From positions 36,346 to 100,345 of the IMG/VR virus record IMGVR_UViG_3300032331_003707: 64,000 nucleotides of DNA. The stretch is one strand, 5' to 3'. Positions 18,181-26,370 of the stretch are shown in pieces (position 1 is the first letter of the stretch; each line of letters begins with the position of its first letter). The DNA is from a virus. The position numbers and the translations under genes were made by a program. The notes below the pieces were generated by a model, which worked only from the letters and a program-made list of their open reading frames with translations, made no database searches and was not told the DNA's origin.

Positions 18181-18639
18181 ATGAAAATTACAGCATCAAC
18201 CCCAATCACATCGCTCACCAGCAAAGAATTAACAACGGTAGTGATAAACACAGTACAGTGGTGTTTCGATAATTTGAAACAACCACGTCGTCACAGAGTG
18301 TTCAACGGTATAAAATTAACCATGCCTGAGATGCATGTGTTCATTTCACGTAAACGTGGTTATGATTTGAATCCGAAAAACAATTGTCGTGGTGAATACA
18401 ATCCATTCATCAACCAAATCATCATTGTTAAAAACAACATTGATAGTTTCGAGGATTTGGTCGACACAATCATTCATGAGTATACTCACTCAACACAAAC
18501 ATTAGGTAGCTATGCTAAGAAGAGCCTAAAATATGGTTATTATGATAACCCGTTTGAGGTTGAGGCACGTACTGTTGCTGCCATTCATACTGATGATTGT
18601 GTGTTTGATGTTTGTAAATTGTTAAATCCTAACTATTGA
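18181..18639 (+). CDS. Zincin-like metallopeptidase
   Basis: TIIHEYTH..Q and Y..NPFE.EAR. Confidence 0.75.
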   Translation: MKITASTPITSLTSKELTTVVINTVQWCFDNLKQPRRHRVFNGIKLTMPEMHVFISRKRGYDLNPKNNCRGEYNPFINQIIIVKNNIDSFEDLVDTIIHEYTHSTQTLGSYAKKSLKYGYYDNPFEVEARTVAAIHTDDCVFDVCKLLNPNY

Positions 18640-18713
18640 TCCGAGATTACAAAGCGTATTGTCGTATTTTTATAGTATAAGAAAAAATAATAACAACACA
18701 TAAACACACGATT

Positions 18714-18908
18714 ATGACAATTTCAGAAATGATTGAACAATTGACCGAGTTAAAAGCACAACACGGTGACATCGAAGTAGTATTGAACGTTACTGATCAC
18801 ACTGATTGGGATTACAATTTTGAACACCCCGGTTTTGATGTTGGTGAGGTGTATGAAGAGGGGTTTGATGAAGATACTAACTATTGTATCTGTAGTATAC
18901 AAATATAG
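18714..18908 (+). CDS. Small acidic phage protein
   Basis: MTISEMIEQL....HGDIEV. Confidence 0.6.
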   Translation: MTISEMIEQLTELKAQHGDIEVVLNVTDHTDWDYNFEHPGFDVGEVYEEGFDEDTNYCICSIQI

Positions 18909-18999
18909 TCGTAGTTACCTATCCGAGATTAGAAGACAAATGTTCGTATTTTTATAGTATAAGAAAAAAATAATAAACACAAAAACAAAACACACAGTT

Positions 19000-19356
19000 A
19001 TGAAAAAGAAAAACACAACAACCCCAGCTCCAGTAGTAGTAACAGTTCAATTAGGTCGTCCAGTTAACCCGACCAGTGAGCGTCAAAAGCGTTTAGCAGC
19101 ATTTGCAGAGCGTGAAAAGTTAGGTGTAACAGTTAAGCGTGGTCGTCCTGTAGTGAGTGACAGTGACCGTCAAAAGCGCCTTGCCGAGCAAGCACAACGT
19201 GCAGCAGCAAACGGTGGTGTAGCGAAGCGCGGCCGTCCAATTAAAACTGACAGTGCACGTCAAGCGCGTTTAGCAGAGCGTGAAGCCAAAATTGCTAGCG
19301 GTGCAGAAATTAAGCGCGGTCGCCCTGCAATTGCGAAGTTGCCCGAAGTTAAGTAA
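19000..19356 (+). CDS. Basic AT-hook-like repeat DNA-binding protein
   Basis: Four (K/L)RGRP/LGRP motifs, three followed by S.RQ.RLA helices. Confidence 0.7.
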   Translation: MKKKNTTTPAPVVVTVQLGRPVNPTSERQKRLAAFAEREKLGVTVKRGRPVVSDSDRQKRLAEQAQRAAANGGVAKRGRPIKTDSARQARLAEREAKIASGAEIKRGRPAIAKLPEVK

Positions 19357-19378
19357 TTGTAGAGTGCGATTAGTAAGT

Positions 19379-19403
19379 AGTGGGTCCCGTAGTGGGGCCC
19401 ACT
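19379..19403 (+). terminator. GC-rich hairpin ending the early array
   Basis: AGTGGGTCCC-GTAGT-GGGGCCCACT; weak T-tail. Confidence 0.55.
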
Positions 19404-19720
19404 GTGTTCGTACTTAGTGCGCCATATATACGCCATATATAACGCGGTATAACTGCCGTACCTACCACGCGCACCGCTGTCACTCGATGCCGCGTACCGG
19501 GCAAAAAGGAGTTGGATTAACAACTATATAGTATATAACTATACAAGCCGATGAAGTATATACTTATATAACCACTAGCCACCCTGCGTCTCCAAAAAAT
19601 AACCCATTTTTAACTATAGGCATTTTGGGAAAAATCCAACGGATCGCAAATCGTAGAGACTAACAATCTTTTGCGTCGATGAAGGATATACGTATATTTC
19701 ATTTGACTACCAGTAGACAA
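19404..19720. repeat. Non-coding block with direct and inverted repeats
   Basis: Tandem CGCCATATATA x2; 21-nt direct repeat 19549/19677 (19/21 identical); GTTGGATT/AATCCAAC. Confidence 0.6.
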
Positions 19721-19722
19721 CA

Positions 19723-19747
19723 AAAGAGACCCATTACGGGTCCCTTT
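19723..19747 (-). terminator. Intrinsic terminator for the minus-strand gene
   Basis: AAAGAGACCC-ATTAC-GGGTCCCTTT. Confidence 0.6.
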
Positions 19748-19770
19748 CATGTTTCACCAGAAATCCTAAC

Positions 19771-20133
19771 TTACTTTGATGATGATGGTGTGTTAGGACT
19801 CTTTTTTGGTGATTTTTTGTAGTACTTTTTAGTAGCTACCTTTGGAGTCGTCGGTTGACCACTTGTGGTCCCATTCTGAGAAGATGGTTTAACCTCGTCC
19901 TTTTGCATCTTGAGTTTATCAAGTGCTTGTTTTAAATCAAGATTGAGCGAGTAAACTTTCAGTTTGAACTCCTCCGCTTGGACACCAATTTTGTTTAGTG
20001 CTTCTTGCGTTCTTTGATTTGTTGTTTTAAGCGCGTCTGTGAGGTTCATGCTGTGTTTTACGTTTCTGTAAAGCAATACGTTTACCACCAATGATAACGC
20101 GAATAAAACTGATAATGATGTTAATAAAATCAT
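19771..20133 (-). CDS. Membrane-anchored coiled-coil protein with basic tail
   Basis: N-terminal TM, coiled coil, K-rich C-terminus. Confidence 0.65.
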   Translation of the reverse strand: MILLTSLSVLFALSLVVNVLLYRNVKHSMNLTDALKTTNQRTQEALNKIGVQAEEFKLKVYSLNLDLKQALDKLKMQKDEVKPSSQNGTTSGQPTTPKVATKKYYKKSPKKSPNTPSSSK

Positions 20134-20239
20134 AATATATTATTTAATAATTATACCCCAATATAATAAAAGTATATACGTAGGCACGTTTAGGGGGTGA
20201 AGTTTTCAAGGAGTTTTTAATATTTATTGTAAAAATAAT

Positions 20240-20572
20240 ATGGTAGAGAAATTTTTGAAGGAATATTGGTTAAGAATATTCCCTTGGTTTACAACTGTAG
20301 TCTTGTTAACGCTGTTAGTAATTGTTTTAAATCGACCCAAATACGTTTCCCCACCACCTCCTGTAGATAATCGTATAGATAGTTTACAACAAATAGTAAA
20401 CCAATTACACATTGATTTATTGGATGCACGACATGATTATGATAGTGCACAATCAAACATAAAAACAGATATAGTAACAATAAGAATACAAAATGCGAAA
20501 GACGTTAGCAATATTAGCAATTTTAGTACTAAGCAGCTTGACAGCGCTTGGTCAGCCATCACTATCCCCTAA
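20240..20572 (+). CDS. Putative i-spanin-like protein
   Basis: N-terminal TM, Pro run, coiled coil; ATATTTAT upstream. Confidence 0.5.
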   Translation: MVEKFLKEYWLRIFPWFTTVVLLTLLVIVLNRPKYVSPPPPVDNRIDSLQQIVNQLHIDLLDARHDYDSAQSNIKTDIVTIRIQNAKDVSNISNFSTKQLDSAWSAITIP

Positions 20573-20948
20573 ACGTATAATATATAACGGTGACACGGGT
20601 GTGTTCTTTATACGCACACAAGAAGTAGCTTTGTTACAACTTATAAAACAAGGTGAAGGACTTAAGAAAGAGAATGCACGTTTACTTGATTATCAAATCA
20701 ATTGTGATAAACAAACTATATTAGAACGTAAAGCGTATGATACTCTTTATACTAAATTCGGTGAGATGACTAGTTTAGCTAATGAGTATAAGGTTAAGTA
20801 TGAGAAAGAATGGTCTTTACATAAAGAAACCCAAAATGAGTTAGATACTCAAATTGGGTTAACCACTAAGTGGAAAAAACGGGCTATTGGTTTAGGTGTA
20901 GGTAATTTAATTTTAGGTGGAACTATATATTTAATTATTACCTATTAA
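20493..20948 (+). CDS. Secreted/membrane coiled-coil protein (spanin partner-like)
   Basis: Signal peptide, coiled coil, C-terminal TM; overlaps previous ORF by 80 nt. Confidence 0.5.
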   Translation: MRKTLAILAILVLSSLTALGQPSLSPKRIIYNGDTGVFFIRTQEVALLQLIKQGEGLKKENARLLDYQINCDKQTILERKAYDTLYTKFGEMTSLANEYKVKYEKEWSLHKETQNELDTQIGLTTKWKKRAIGLGVGNLILGGTIYLIITY

Positions 20949-21493
20949 TCCCACCAACCTCTAATTCCTGAACCATCGAATTGGTCTAGGAACTCTGATT
21001 TTTTATTAAATTTAGAATAGTCTTGTCCATTAAGTAAGTGCATAAGCTCTTTCCAACCTTTCTTTTGCATATCGTGAGCTCTTCTTAATATTCGTTCATT
21101 AATCTTTTTCTCTTTTTTCGTAACGTCATTCACCATCTCGTATAGATCTGGTCTATCCTCTAAAGGTACAAAGTGAGTATTGAGAATCATTTCTAATCCT
21201 AACTCCTTCTCTGCTTCTTCTATAAAGTCGTCATTAGCAAATAGGTTAAGTAGATATACACATCTCTTCATTGCTTCTACTTTCTTTTCTTTAGATATCC
21301 ACTCCTCAATACCACGTTCTTCTATGTTGGTATGCATATCTTTTACAGCATCTGCCATAAGCGTAAACACTGAATGGTGTCCTCCATACCAACGATATTT
21401 CCATAAGGCTTTACGGAATATCCATAGGTTTCTAAAAAATGTAGGTAGGTCGTATCTAAATAACTCCCATATACGTTGTAATTTATATCTCAT
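20945..21493 (-). CDS. Hypothetical phage protein
   Basis: Conserved-looking N-terminal FFRNLW.FRK.LW and C-terminal GIRGWWD. Confidence 0.7.
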   Translation of the reverse strand: MRYKLQRIWELFRYDLPTFFRNLWIFRKALWKYRWYGGHHSVFTLMADAVKDMHTNIEERGIEEWISKEKKVEAMKRCVYLLNLFANDDFIEEAEKELGLEMILNTHFVPLEDRPDLYEMVNDVTKKEKKINERILRRAHDMQKKGWKELMHLLNGQDYSKFNKKSEFLDQFDGSGIRGWWD

Positions 21494-21578
21494 AATTTTC
21501 CAAACATTTGTTTACTTTGAATTTCATTAGTGGTTTGTTGGACTTCCAATAACCATCTCCAAATTTTTTTAATTATAA

Positions 21579-22049
21579 TTTTAGTAGGCGTTCTCATGGG
21601 TTAATATTATCCTTTTATTACTTGTTTAGCACCTAATGTGCCTGTTACTTTATCGATGCGTGAATCGATATATGAGTGGGTATGCTTTATTTCTTCACAT
21701 ATATCTTTAAATCGTAAGTCTAAATCGCGATCATGTCTTTCAAATTCAGAGTATATATTTCGCTCATTTTTTCCAAATTCAGAACTTATATCGCGTTCTA
21801 ATTCCTTAAATCTACGATCAAACTCTTCACGTGTGTCGTGGGTTGTTTCCCAAAACGTTCGGCTGACTTCTGATATTCTTTCTTCATTGGTTTTAACTTC
21901 TTTTAACAAATTGTTAATCTTAACTACACCCCAAACAATCGTTGCTAACATAATAGCACCAACAATCGAGAGCATACCTAAAACAAAATACATTGTTTCC
22001 ATAATTTATTTCTCCTTATAATTTTTATTTCAAAGAACGCCTACTAAAA
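21579..22049. repeat. Perfect 16-bp inverted repeat pair
   Basis: TTTTAGTAGGCGTTCT (21579-21594) and AGAACGCCTACTAAAA (22034-22049). Confidence 0.9.
21607..22002 (-). CDS. Membrane-anchored coiled-coil protein flanked by 16-bp inverted repeats
   Basis: N-terminal TM, charged heptads, SYIDSRIDK. Confidence 0.7.
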   Translation of the reverse strand: METMYFVLGMLSIVGAIMLATIVWGVVKINNLLKEVKTNEERISEVSRTFWETTHDTREEFDRRFKELERDISSEFGKNERNIYSEFERHDRDLDLRFKDICEEIKHTHSYIDSRIDKVTGTLGAKQVIKG

Positions 22050-22113
22050 CATATCATCTAACTCGGGTGGACATGTGTCAATAATATGATTTTTGACAAA
22101 TCTTTTCCACCAA

Positions 22114-22311
22114 TCAGTTATCTTTCGAATAATTTTCATAACGACAAATAGAGGTATAATAATTAATTATTTGATCCTTATTAAATTTTAAATTTTTATT
22201 TTCTTTATTATTTAATACAACCCACAATTCTTTTACAGCACTATCTACTAATGGAGATTTTTTCTCCTTAATTAAAAATTGCTCTAATTGTTCGATATTA
22301 TCTAATTTCAC
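22114..22311 (-). CDS. Hypothetical protein
   Basis: GTG start just after a TTTGG-N19-TATCTTTA promoter. Confidence 0.5.
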   Translation of the reverse strand: MKLDNIEQLEQFLIKEKKSPLVDSAVKELWVVLNNKENKNLKFNKDQIINYYTSICRYENYSKDN

Positions 22312-22315
22312 TATA

Positions 22316-22347
22316 TAAAGATAATAAAAAATGGCCCGAAGGCCAAA
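22316..22347 (-). promoter_or_regulatory. Host-like TTTGG-N19-TATCTTTA promoter overlapping a UUCG terminator
   Basis: Minus strand reads TTTGGCC-TTCG-GGCCATTTTTTAT-TATCTTTA. Confidence 0.65.
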
Positions 22348-22374
22348 TTTATTATTTAAAAAAAGATTAAGATT

Positions 22375-22641
22375 TTATAATAATGGCTCTTCGTCTTTAG
22401 GTTTTTCGTTTTTAGCCTGTTGTTTCATTTTAACAACATTTTCAATTACTGTTAAACCTAATCCACCTCCCGCGATAAGCGCTATAGAGTCAAACATAAA
22501 TTCTGGTGTGATGTGTTCTTCGTTTTTATAGGTAGCGATATATGCTAACGATATAACAACAAATAAAGCTAATAATGAAGCAAAACGCTTGCTTGAAGTA
22601 TCAGAAGAACCTGATAGTAAGTCTTTAAAAAATTTTTTCAT
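22375..22641 (-). CDS. Putative holin-like 2-TM protein
   Basis: MKKFFKDLLS...SSKRF, two TM helices, charged C-terminus. Confidence 0.5.
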   Translation of the reverse strand: MKKFFKDLLSGSSDTSSKRFASLLALFVVISLAYIATYKNEEHITPEFMFDSIALIAGGGLGLTVIENVVKMKQQAKNEKPKDEEPLL

Positions 22642-22676
22642 GGTTGTATGTGTTTTCTCATACATATCACATGATG

Positions 22677-23249
22677 TTACATAATTTCGTCTACCATCAT
22701 TAATTTTAAAGCTTCTTCTGCTGTAATATACCAATCACGTCTTGATTTTTTAACATCATCTAATTGTTTTTGAGATACAGATGATTTTAATAATAAAATT
22801 GTATCATATTGTTTCATTATACGATTACATTCATCTAAATCATCTTTAATAATAGATAATTTATCAAATTGAGGATAATTATTTAGAGCCTCATGATACA
22901 TAAATGTAGCATATTTGCTAGCAAATCGTTTATGGCCTGAAATAAAGATGGGTAATCCCATTGACATAGCGTAACCATAACAATAAGTATGGATTGGGGT
23001 TATAGAATTTTCAATTACACCTATTAAAGCAAAACCATCATAAATCACCCCACCAAAACTATTAATAATTAATTTAATGGGTTTACGTTCGTAATCTTTA
23101 GTTACTGATTCTTGTTCATCATCATATTCATTAGCGTCTAATATGAATTGAATAATTTCTTCAACTGATTCATTATCAATGTCATTACTTAGAATAATAC
23201 TCCTAAATTGATCTTCCCTATCAAAATATCTACTTTTTCTATTCGTCAT
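22677..23249 (-). CDS. clpP: ClpP-like protease proteolytic subunit
   Basis: I.LIINS.GG, G.AMSMG (catalytic Ser), FMYH, DWYITAEEA. Confidence 0.88.
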   Translation of the reverse strand: MTNRKSRYFDREDQFRSIILSNDIDNESVEEIIQFILDANEYDDEQESVTKDYERKPIKLIINSFGGVIYDGFALIGVIENSITPIHTYCYGYAMSMGLPIFISGHKRFASKYATFMYHEALNNYPQFDKLSIIKDDLDECNRIMKQYDTILLLKSSVSQKQLDDVKKSRRDWYITAEEALKLMMVDEIM

Positions 23250-23452
23250 ATGATAACTTTTACTACTGTTTTTCTAGGCACTCCTGGATAGTAGGCATCT
23301 ATCATATTATGGTAATGTTCTATAGGTAAAATAGATTCTATCCCTACACCAAAATCTAATATATCAAACATTGAATAAGACTTCTCAGCTAATTCAAGTC
23401 GTTGTTCTAACGTTAGATCAATTTCTATACTATAACTAGATATTAATTCCAT
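23246..23452 (-). CDS. Hypothetical protein
   Basis: Operonic ORF. Confidence 0.5.
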   Translation of the reverse strand: MELISSYSIEIDLTLEQRLELAEKSYSMFDILDFGVGIESILPIEHYHNMIDAYYPGVPRKTVVKVII

Positions 23453-23631
23453 TATCTATGTTTTTTAGGTGAACACTGGTGTTGGAGTTGGTTTTTACCT
23501 TTATTAACTCGTTTGGTTTGTTTATACATTTTCTGCTGTCTATTACTATGGTGTTTATAGTTATAGCCTTTTTGAGGGGCTGAGCAGGAAGCAAATATAA
23601 TTACGATTAAAAAGAAAATTAATTTTTTCAT
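23452..23631 (-). CDS. Small lipoprotein
   Basis: MKKLIFFLIVIIFASC lipobox. Confidence 0.55.
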   Translation of the reverse strand: MKKLIFFLIVIIFASCSAPQKGYNYKHHSNRQQKMYKQTKRVNKGKNQLQHQCSPKKHR

Positions 23632-23837
23632 AGTATTTCTACCCATTCGGGTTCTTTAATTGTTTCGCAAAATAAAAAATGAGAGTCTGTTTTTAATACA
23701 TGATCCGCATCTAAATATTCCTTCCATCCGTGAAGTAATTCTCTAATAAGTTGTCCTTCTTTATTAAAGAAATAACTTACTGGGATATTCCTGAGTATTT
23801 TGTATACTTCTCCGTTATAAAAATAAAGTGGTTTCAT
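23628..23837 (-). CDS. Hypothetical protein
   Basis: Operonic ORF. Confidence 0.6.
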   Translation of the reverse strand: MKPLYFYNGEVYKILRNIPVSYFFNKEGQLIRELLHGWKEYLDADHVLKTDSHFLFCETIKEPEWVEIL

Positions 23838-23926
23838 ATTATACCCCGGTTACATTCCTACGTTTTTATTTATCACCCTTCCTTCCCGTATTCCCAATAT
23901 ACATAGTGAGAATTTTATTTCCAAAT

Positions 23927-24271
23927 TTATTTAAGAAAGATTTGTACTAAAAGTATCATTAAACTTAACCCCAAACATATCCATGTTTTTAGATTAATAT
24001 TTTCATCAAATATAAAATTAGACATAAGTGTAAATACTATAGTCCCAATTGAGAATCCTATTAACCTTCCGGGCCACAATTCTCCATTAAAAGCATGCTG
24101 GAAGTTTCTTACTGAGGTAGTAAACAGATATGATATAGGAATCCCCCAAAGTAACACAAACCAGAAATTCTGCTTTAAAAAATTATACTTCAGTGGACCC
24201 TGGAGTTGATAGAATGTAACTACTTGAGCTGTTATTCCACTTAAAACCCCTAATATTAAATTATAATTCAT
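23927..24271 (-). CDS. 4-TM membrane protein (DMT/SMR-like)
   Basis: Four hydrophobic segments. Confidence 0.6.
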   Translation of the reverse strand: MNYNLILGVLSGITAQVVTFYQLQGPLKYNFLKQNFWFVLLWGIPISYLFTTSVRNFQHAFNGELWPGRLIGFSIGTIVFTLMSNFIFDENINLKTWICLGLSLMILLVQIFLK

Positions 24272-24495
24272 ACAAAAATAAAATATAATGTGAAGTATAT
24301 AATTGAGTATAAAACGATAAGTACAATAAATCCTCCTAATACTTCATAAAATTCATGTCTAGGACTTACAAAAATATCTCCTTTAGTATAATCTCTTAAT
24401 CTAAGAAGACATACGATAGTTCCTATTAAGTAAATAGAATTTAAAAATCCTAAAAATCCTAATAATCCTTGAATAATTTCAATTGTTGTTTCCAT
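24268..24495 (-). CDS. 2-TM membrane protein
   Basis: Two hydrophobic segments. Confidence 0.55.
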   Translation of the reverse strand: METTIEIIQGLLGFLGFLNSIYLIGTIVCLLRLRDYTKGDIFVSPRHEFYEVLGGFIVLIVLYSIIYFTLYFIFV

Positions 24496-24534
24496 AACCT
24501 TTATTTTTTTATAACCTTAATTTTTATTATACTA

Positions 24535-24566
24535 TAAAGATAATACCCCTAATTAAAGATTCCAAA
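24535..24566 (-). promoter_or_regulatory. Host-like TTTGG-N19-TATCTTTA promoter
   Basis: Matches Bacteroidota -33/-7 architecture; drives the minus-strand operon. Confidence 0.7.
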
Positions 24567-24613
24567 TTTTTTAGTGGAAATCTTCAAAGTTTTTATATAT
24601 TAATATATTTATA

Positions 24614-25054
24614 ATGATGAATCTAGAAGAAATTTTTTCCCTATTTGATAACCCCTCAGATAATAATGGAAAATATACTGTTTCTGATGAGGATTTATTT
24701 TTTTATCTTAAAATGTTTAAAGGTTATATCTTAAGATTTGATGAGCTTAAAAAAGGATTCCTCCCATTTATGCATTCGATTAATCCTGAAATAGCAGAAA
24801 AACTATCTACTACTACTATTAATCCACTTTGTTATTATAAAGCTTATTCTTTTTTAAAGAAAATAGACCTAAATGATAAGGATCATTATGAATCTTTCTC
24901 TAAAAATATAGACTTAGATTTTATAAAAGCATGTAATAAATCCATAGAATACTTCATCAGTACAGAAGAATATGAAAAATGTAACATGCTAAACATATTT
25001 CTACAAGAAGGAATGAAAATTCTTAAAGTAAACTTGCTAGATACAAATTATTAA
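24614..25054 (+). CDS. Hypothetical phage protein
   Basis: C-terminal YF...EEYEKC motif. Confidence 0.6.
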   Translation: MMNLEEIFSLFDNPSDNNGKYTVSDEDLFFYLKMFKGYILRFDELKKGFLPFMHSINPEIAEKLSTTTINPLCYYKAYSFLKKIDLNDKDHYESFSKNIDLDFIKACNKSIEYFISTEEYEKCNMLNIFLQEGMKILKVNLLDTNY

Positions 25055-25091
25055 TTACATTATCATATTATTTACTTAAAAAACAACAATT

Positions 25092-25292
25092 ATGAGAAAT
25101 CGCGACCTAATCTTTAATAAGATTGAACGCGTTGAAGGTGCTTTAAAATCATTAAAAGTATTCTCAACACGCCCAGGAATTACAGTAGAAGATATTCATG
25201 CTATCATTAACGATGCTGAAAATATCCTCTCAGACTTAAAATCTATGATTGAAAGAGAGCCAATGGGGCCTAATGAAATTAACAGAGTTTAA
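25092..25292 (+). CDS. Hypothetical protein
   Basis: Helical 66 aa, good leader. Confidence 0.6.
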   Translation: MRNRDLIFNKIERVEGALKSLKVFSTRPGITVEDIHAIINDAENILSDLKSMIEREPMGPNEINRV

Positions 25293-25311
25293 TTATTAAA
25301 AAATAAAAGTT

Positions 25312-26094
25312 ATGAAATTAACAGCAGAAGAAATCCAAAATAATTGGATTGATTTAGAAGAAACTATTAAATCATATATTAGCGAACCACGTCGTTCTCA
25401 ATTACTTGGTTTTTATTCTCAATATGCAGAACGCATTATGATGATGCCTGCTTCATATAAAAAAGAATATCACAATGCATTCCCAGGAGGATATGTTGAT
25501 CACATCTTACGAGTAGTAGATTGTGCTCTTAAATTAAATAATGTGTGGATTGAAATGGGGGTAGATGATTCTACTTATACTAAAGAAGAATTAGTATTTG
25601 CTGCTTTAAATCATGATTTAGGTAAAATGGGTGATGAAGAACATGAATCGTATGTTCCTCAAACTGATCAATGGCGTAAAGATAAACTTGGTGAAGATTA
25701 TACCTTCAATACTAAATTAGCATTTGCATCTGTACCTGATAGAGGTTTATATTTACTCCAACAACATGGTATCAAATATTCATTCAATGAAATGATTGCT
25801 ATCCAAACCCATGATGGATTATACGATGAAGGTAACAAAAAATATTTAATGGCTTGGACCCCAGAACAACGTCCTCGTACATCATTACCGTTTATTGTTC
25901 ACCAAGCCGATTTAATGGCATCTCGTATCGAATTTGAACGCGAGTGGTTACCTAAATTCAAAACCAATACTCCTAAAAATTTCAAATTAGATACTACCTC
26001 TACAACCTCTACAGAGAAAAAAACACCTATTAAAACTAAAGCTTTAGGAAATATTCAAAGTGAAAATTTAAAAAATATGCTTAATAACTTATGA
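25312..26094 (+). CDS. HD-domain phosphohydrolase
   Basis: H.AFPGGY.DH, ALNHDLGK, AI.THDG, HQAD. Confidence 0.85.
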   Translation: MKLTAEEIQNNWIDLEETIKSYISEPRRSQLLGFYSQYAERIMMMPASYKKEYHNAFPGGYVDHILRVVDCALKLNNVWIEMGVDDSTYTKEELVFAALNHDLGKMGDEEHESYVPQTDQWRKDKLGEDYTFNTKLAFASVPDRGLYLLQQHGIKYSFNEMIAIQTHDGLYDEGNKKYLMAWTPEQRPRTSLPFIVHQADLMASRIEFEREWLPKFKTNTPKNFKLDTTSTTSTEKKTPIKTKALGNIQSENLKNMLNNL

Positions 26095-26366
26095 TTTCAA
26101 TTATTATTATATCAATTTTGAGTTGTCTAGTAGTATTACTAAGTTATACTACTTTTAATCTTCTTAAAAAGAATGAAAAAGCTGAAGATATTTTAATTTC
26201 ATATAAAGAATATATTGATAAATTATCTTCTCAAATTGAAGAATCTAATCAAAAAATTAAAGAAATTGATGAAAAGGGAGTTTTTGATAGTGATGATGAA
26301 ATAGGATGGTTTTTTAAAGAGCTTAAGAAAATTCAATCCTCTTTAGAAAAATTTAAAATAAATTAA
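26091..26366 (+). CDS. Membrane-anchored coiled-coil protein
   Basis: N-terminal TM; G.FDSDDEIGWFF. Confidence 0.65.
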   Translation: MISIIIISILSCLVVLLSYTTFNLLKKNEKAEDILISYKEYIDKLSSQIEESNQKIKEIDEKGVFDSDDEIGWFFKELKKIQSSLEKFKIN

Positions 26367-26370
26367 TTCT

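Larger units (their letters stand above)
330..18960 (+). promoter_or_regulatory. Dispersed bipartite early-promoter repeat CCGAG-N19-TAnnTTTA(TAGTATAA), 27 copies
   Basis: CCGAG-like box starts at 340, 2993, 5900, 8587, 9572, 9758, 10270, 11120, 11503, 12393, 12804, 13702, 13958, 14270, 14718, 15059, 15383, 15667, 16092, 16477, 17082, 17394, 17736, 17958, 18126, 18641, 18923; each precedes an ORF or the tRNA. Confidence 0.9.

Noticed and set aside
8570-18960. CRISPR array or integron attC array
   Set aside because: Repeats are degenerate, non-palindromic, bipartite with a free spacer, separated by whole genes at irregular distances; no cas or integrase gene in the window.
19260-19523. Minus-strand 87-aa ORF
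   Set aside because: Antisense to the AT-hook gene and terminator; no promoter or leader.
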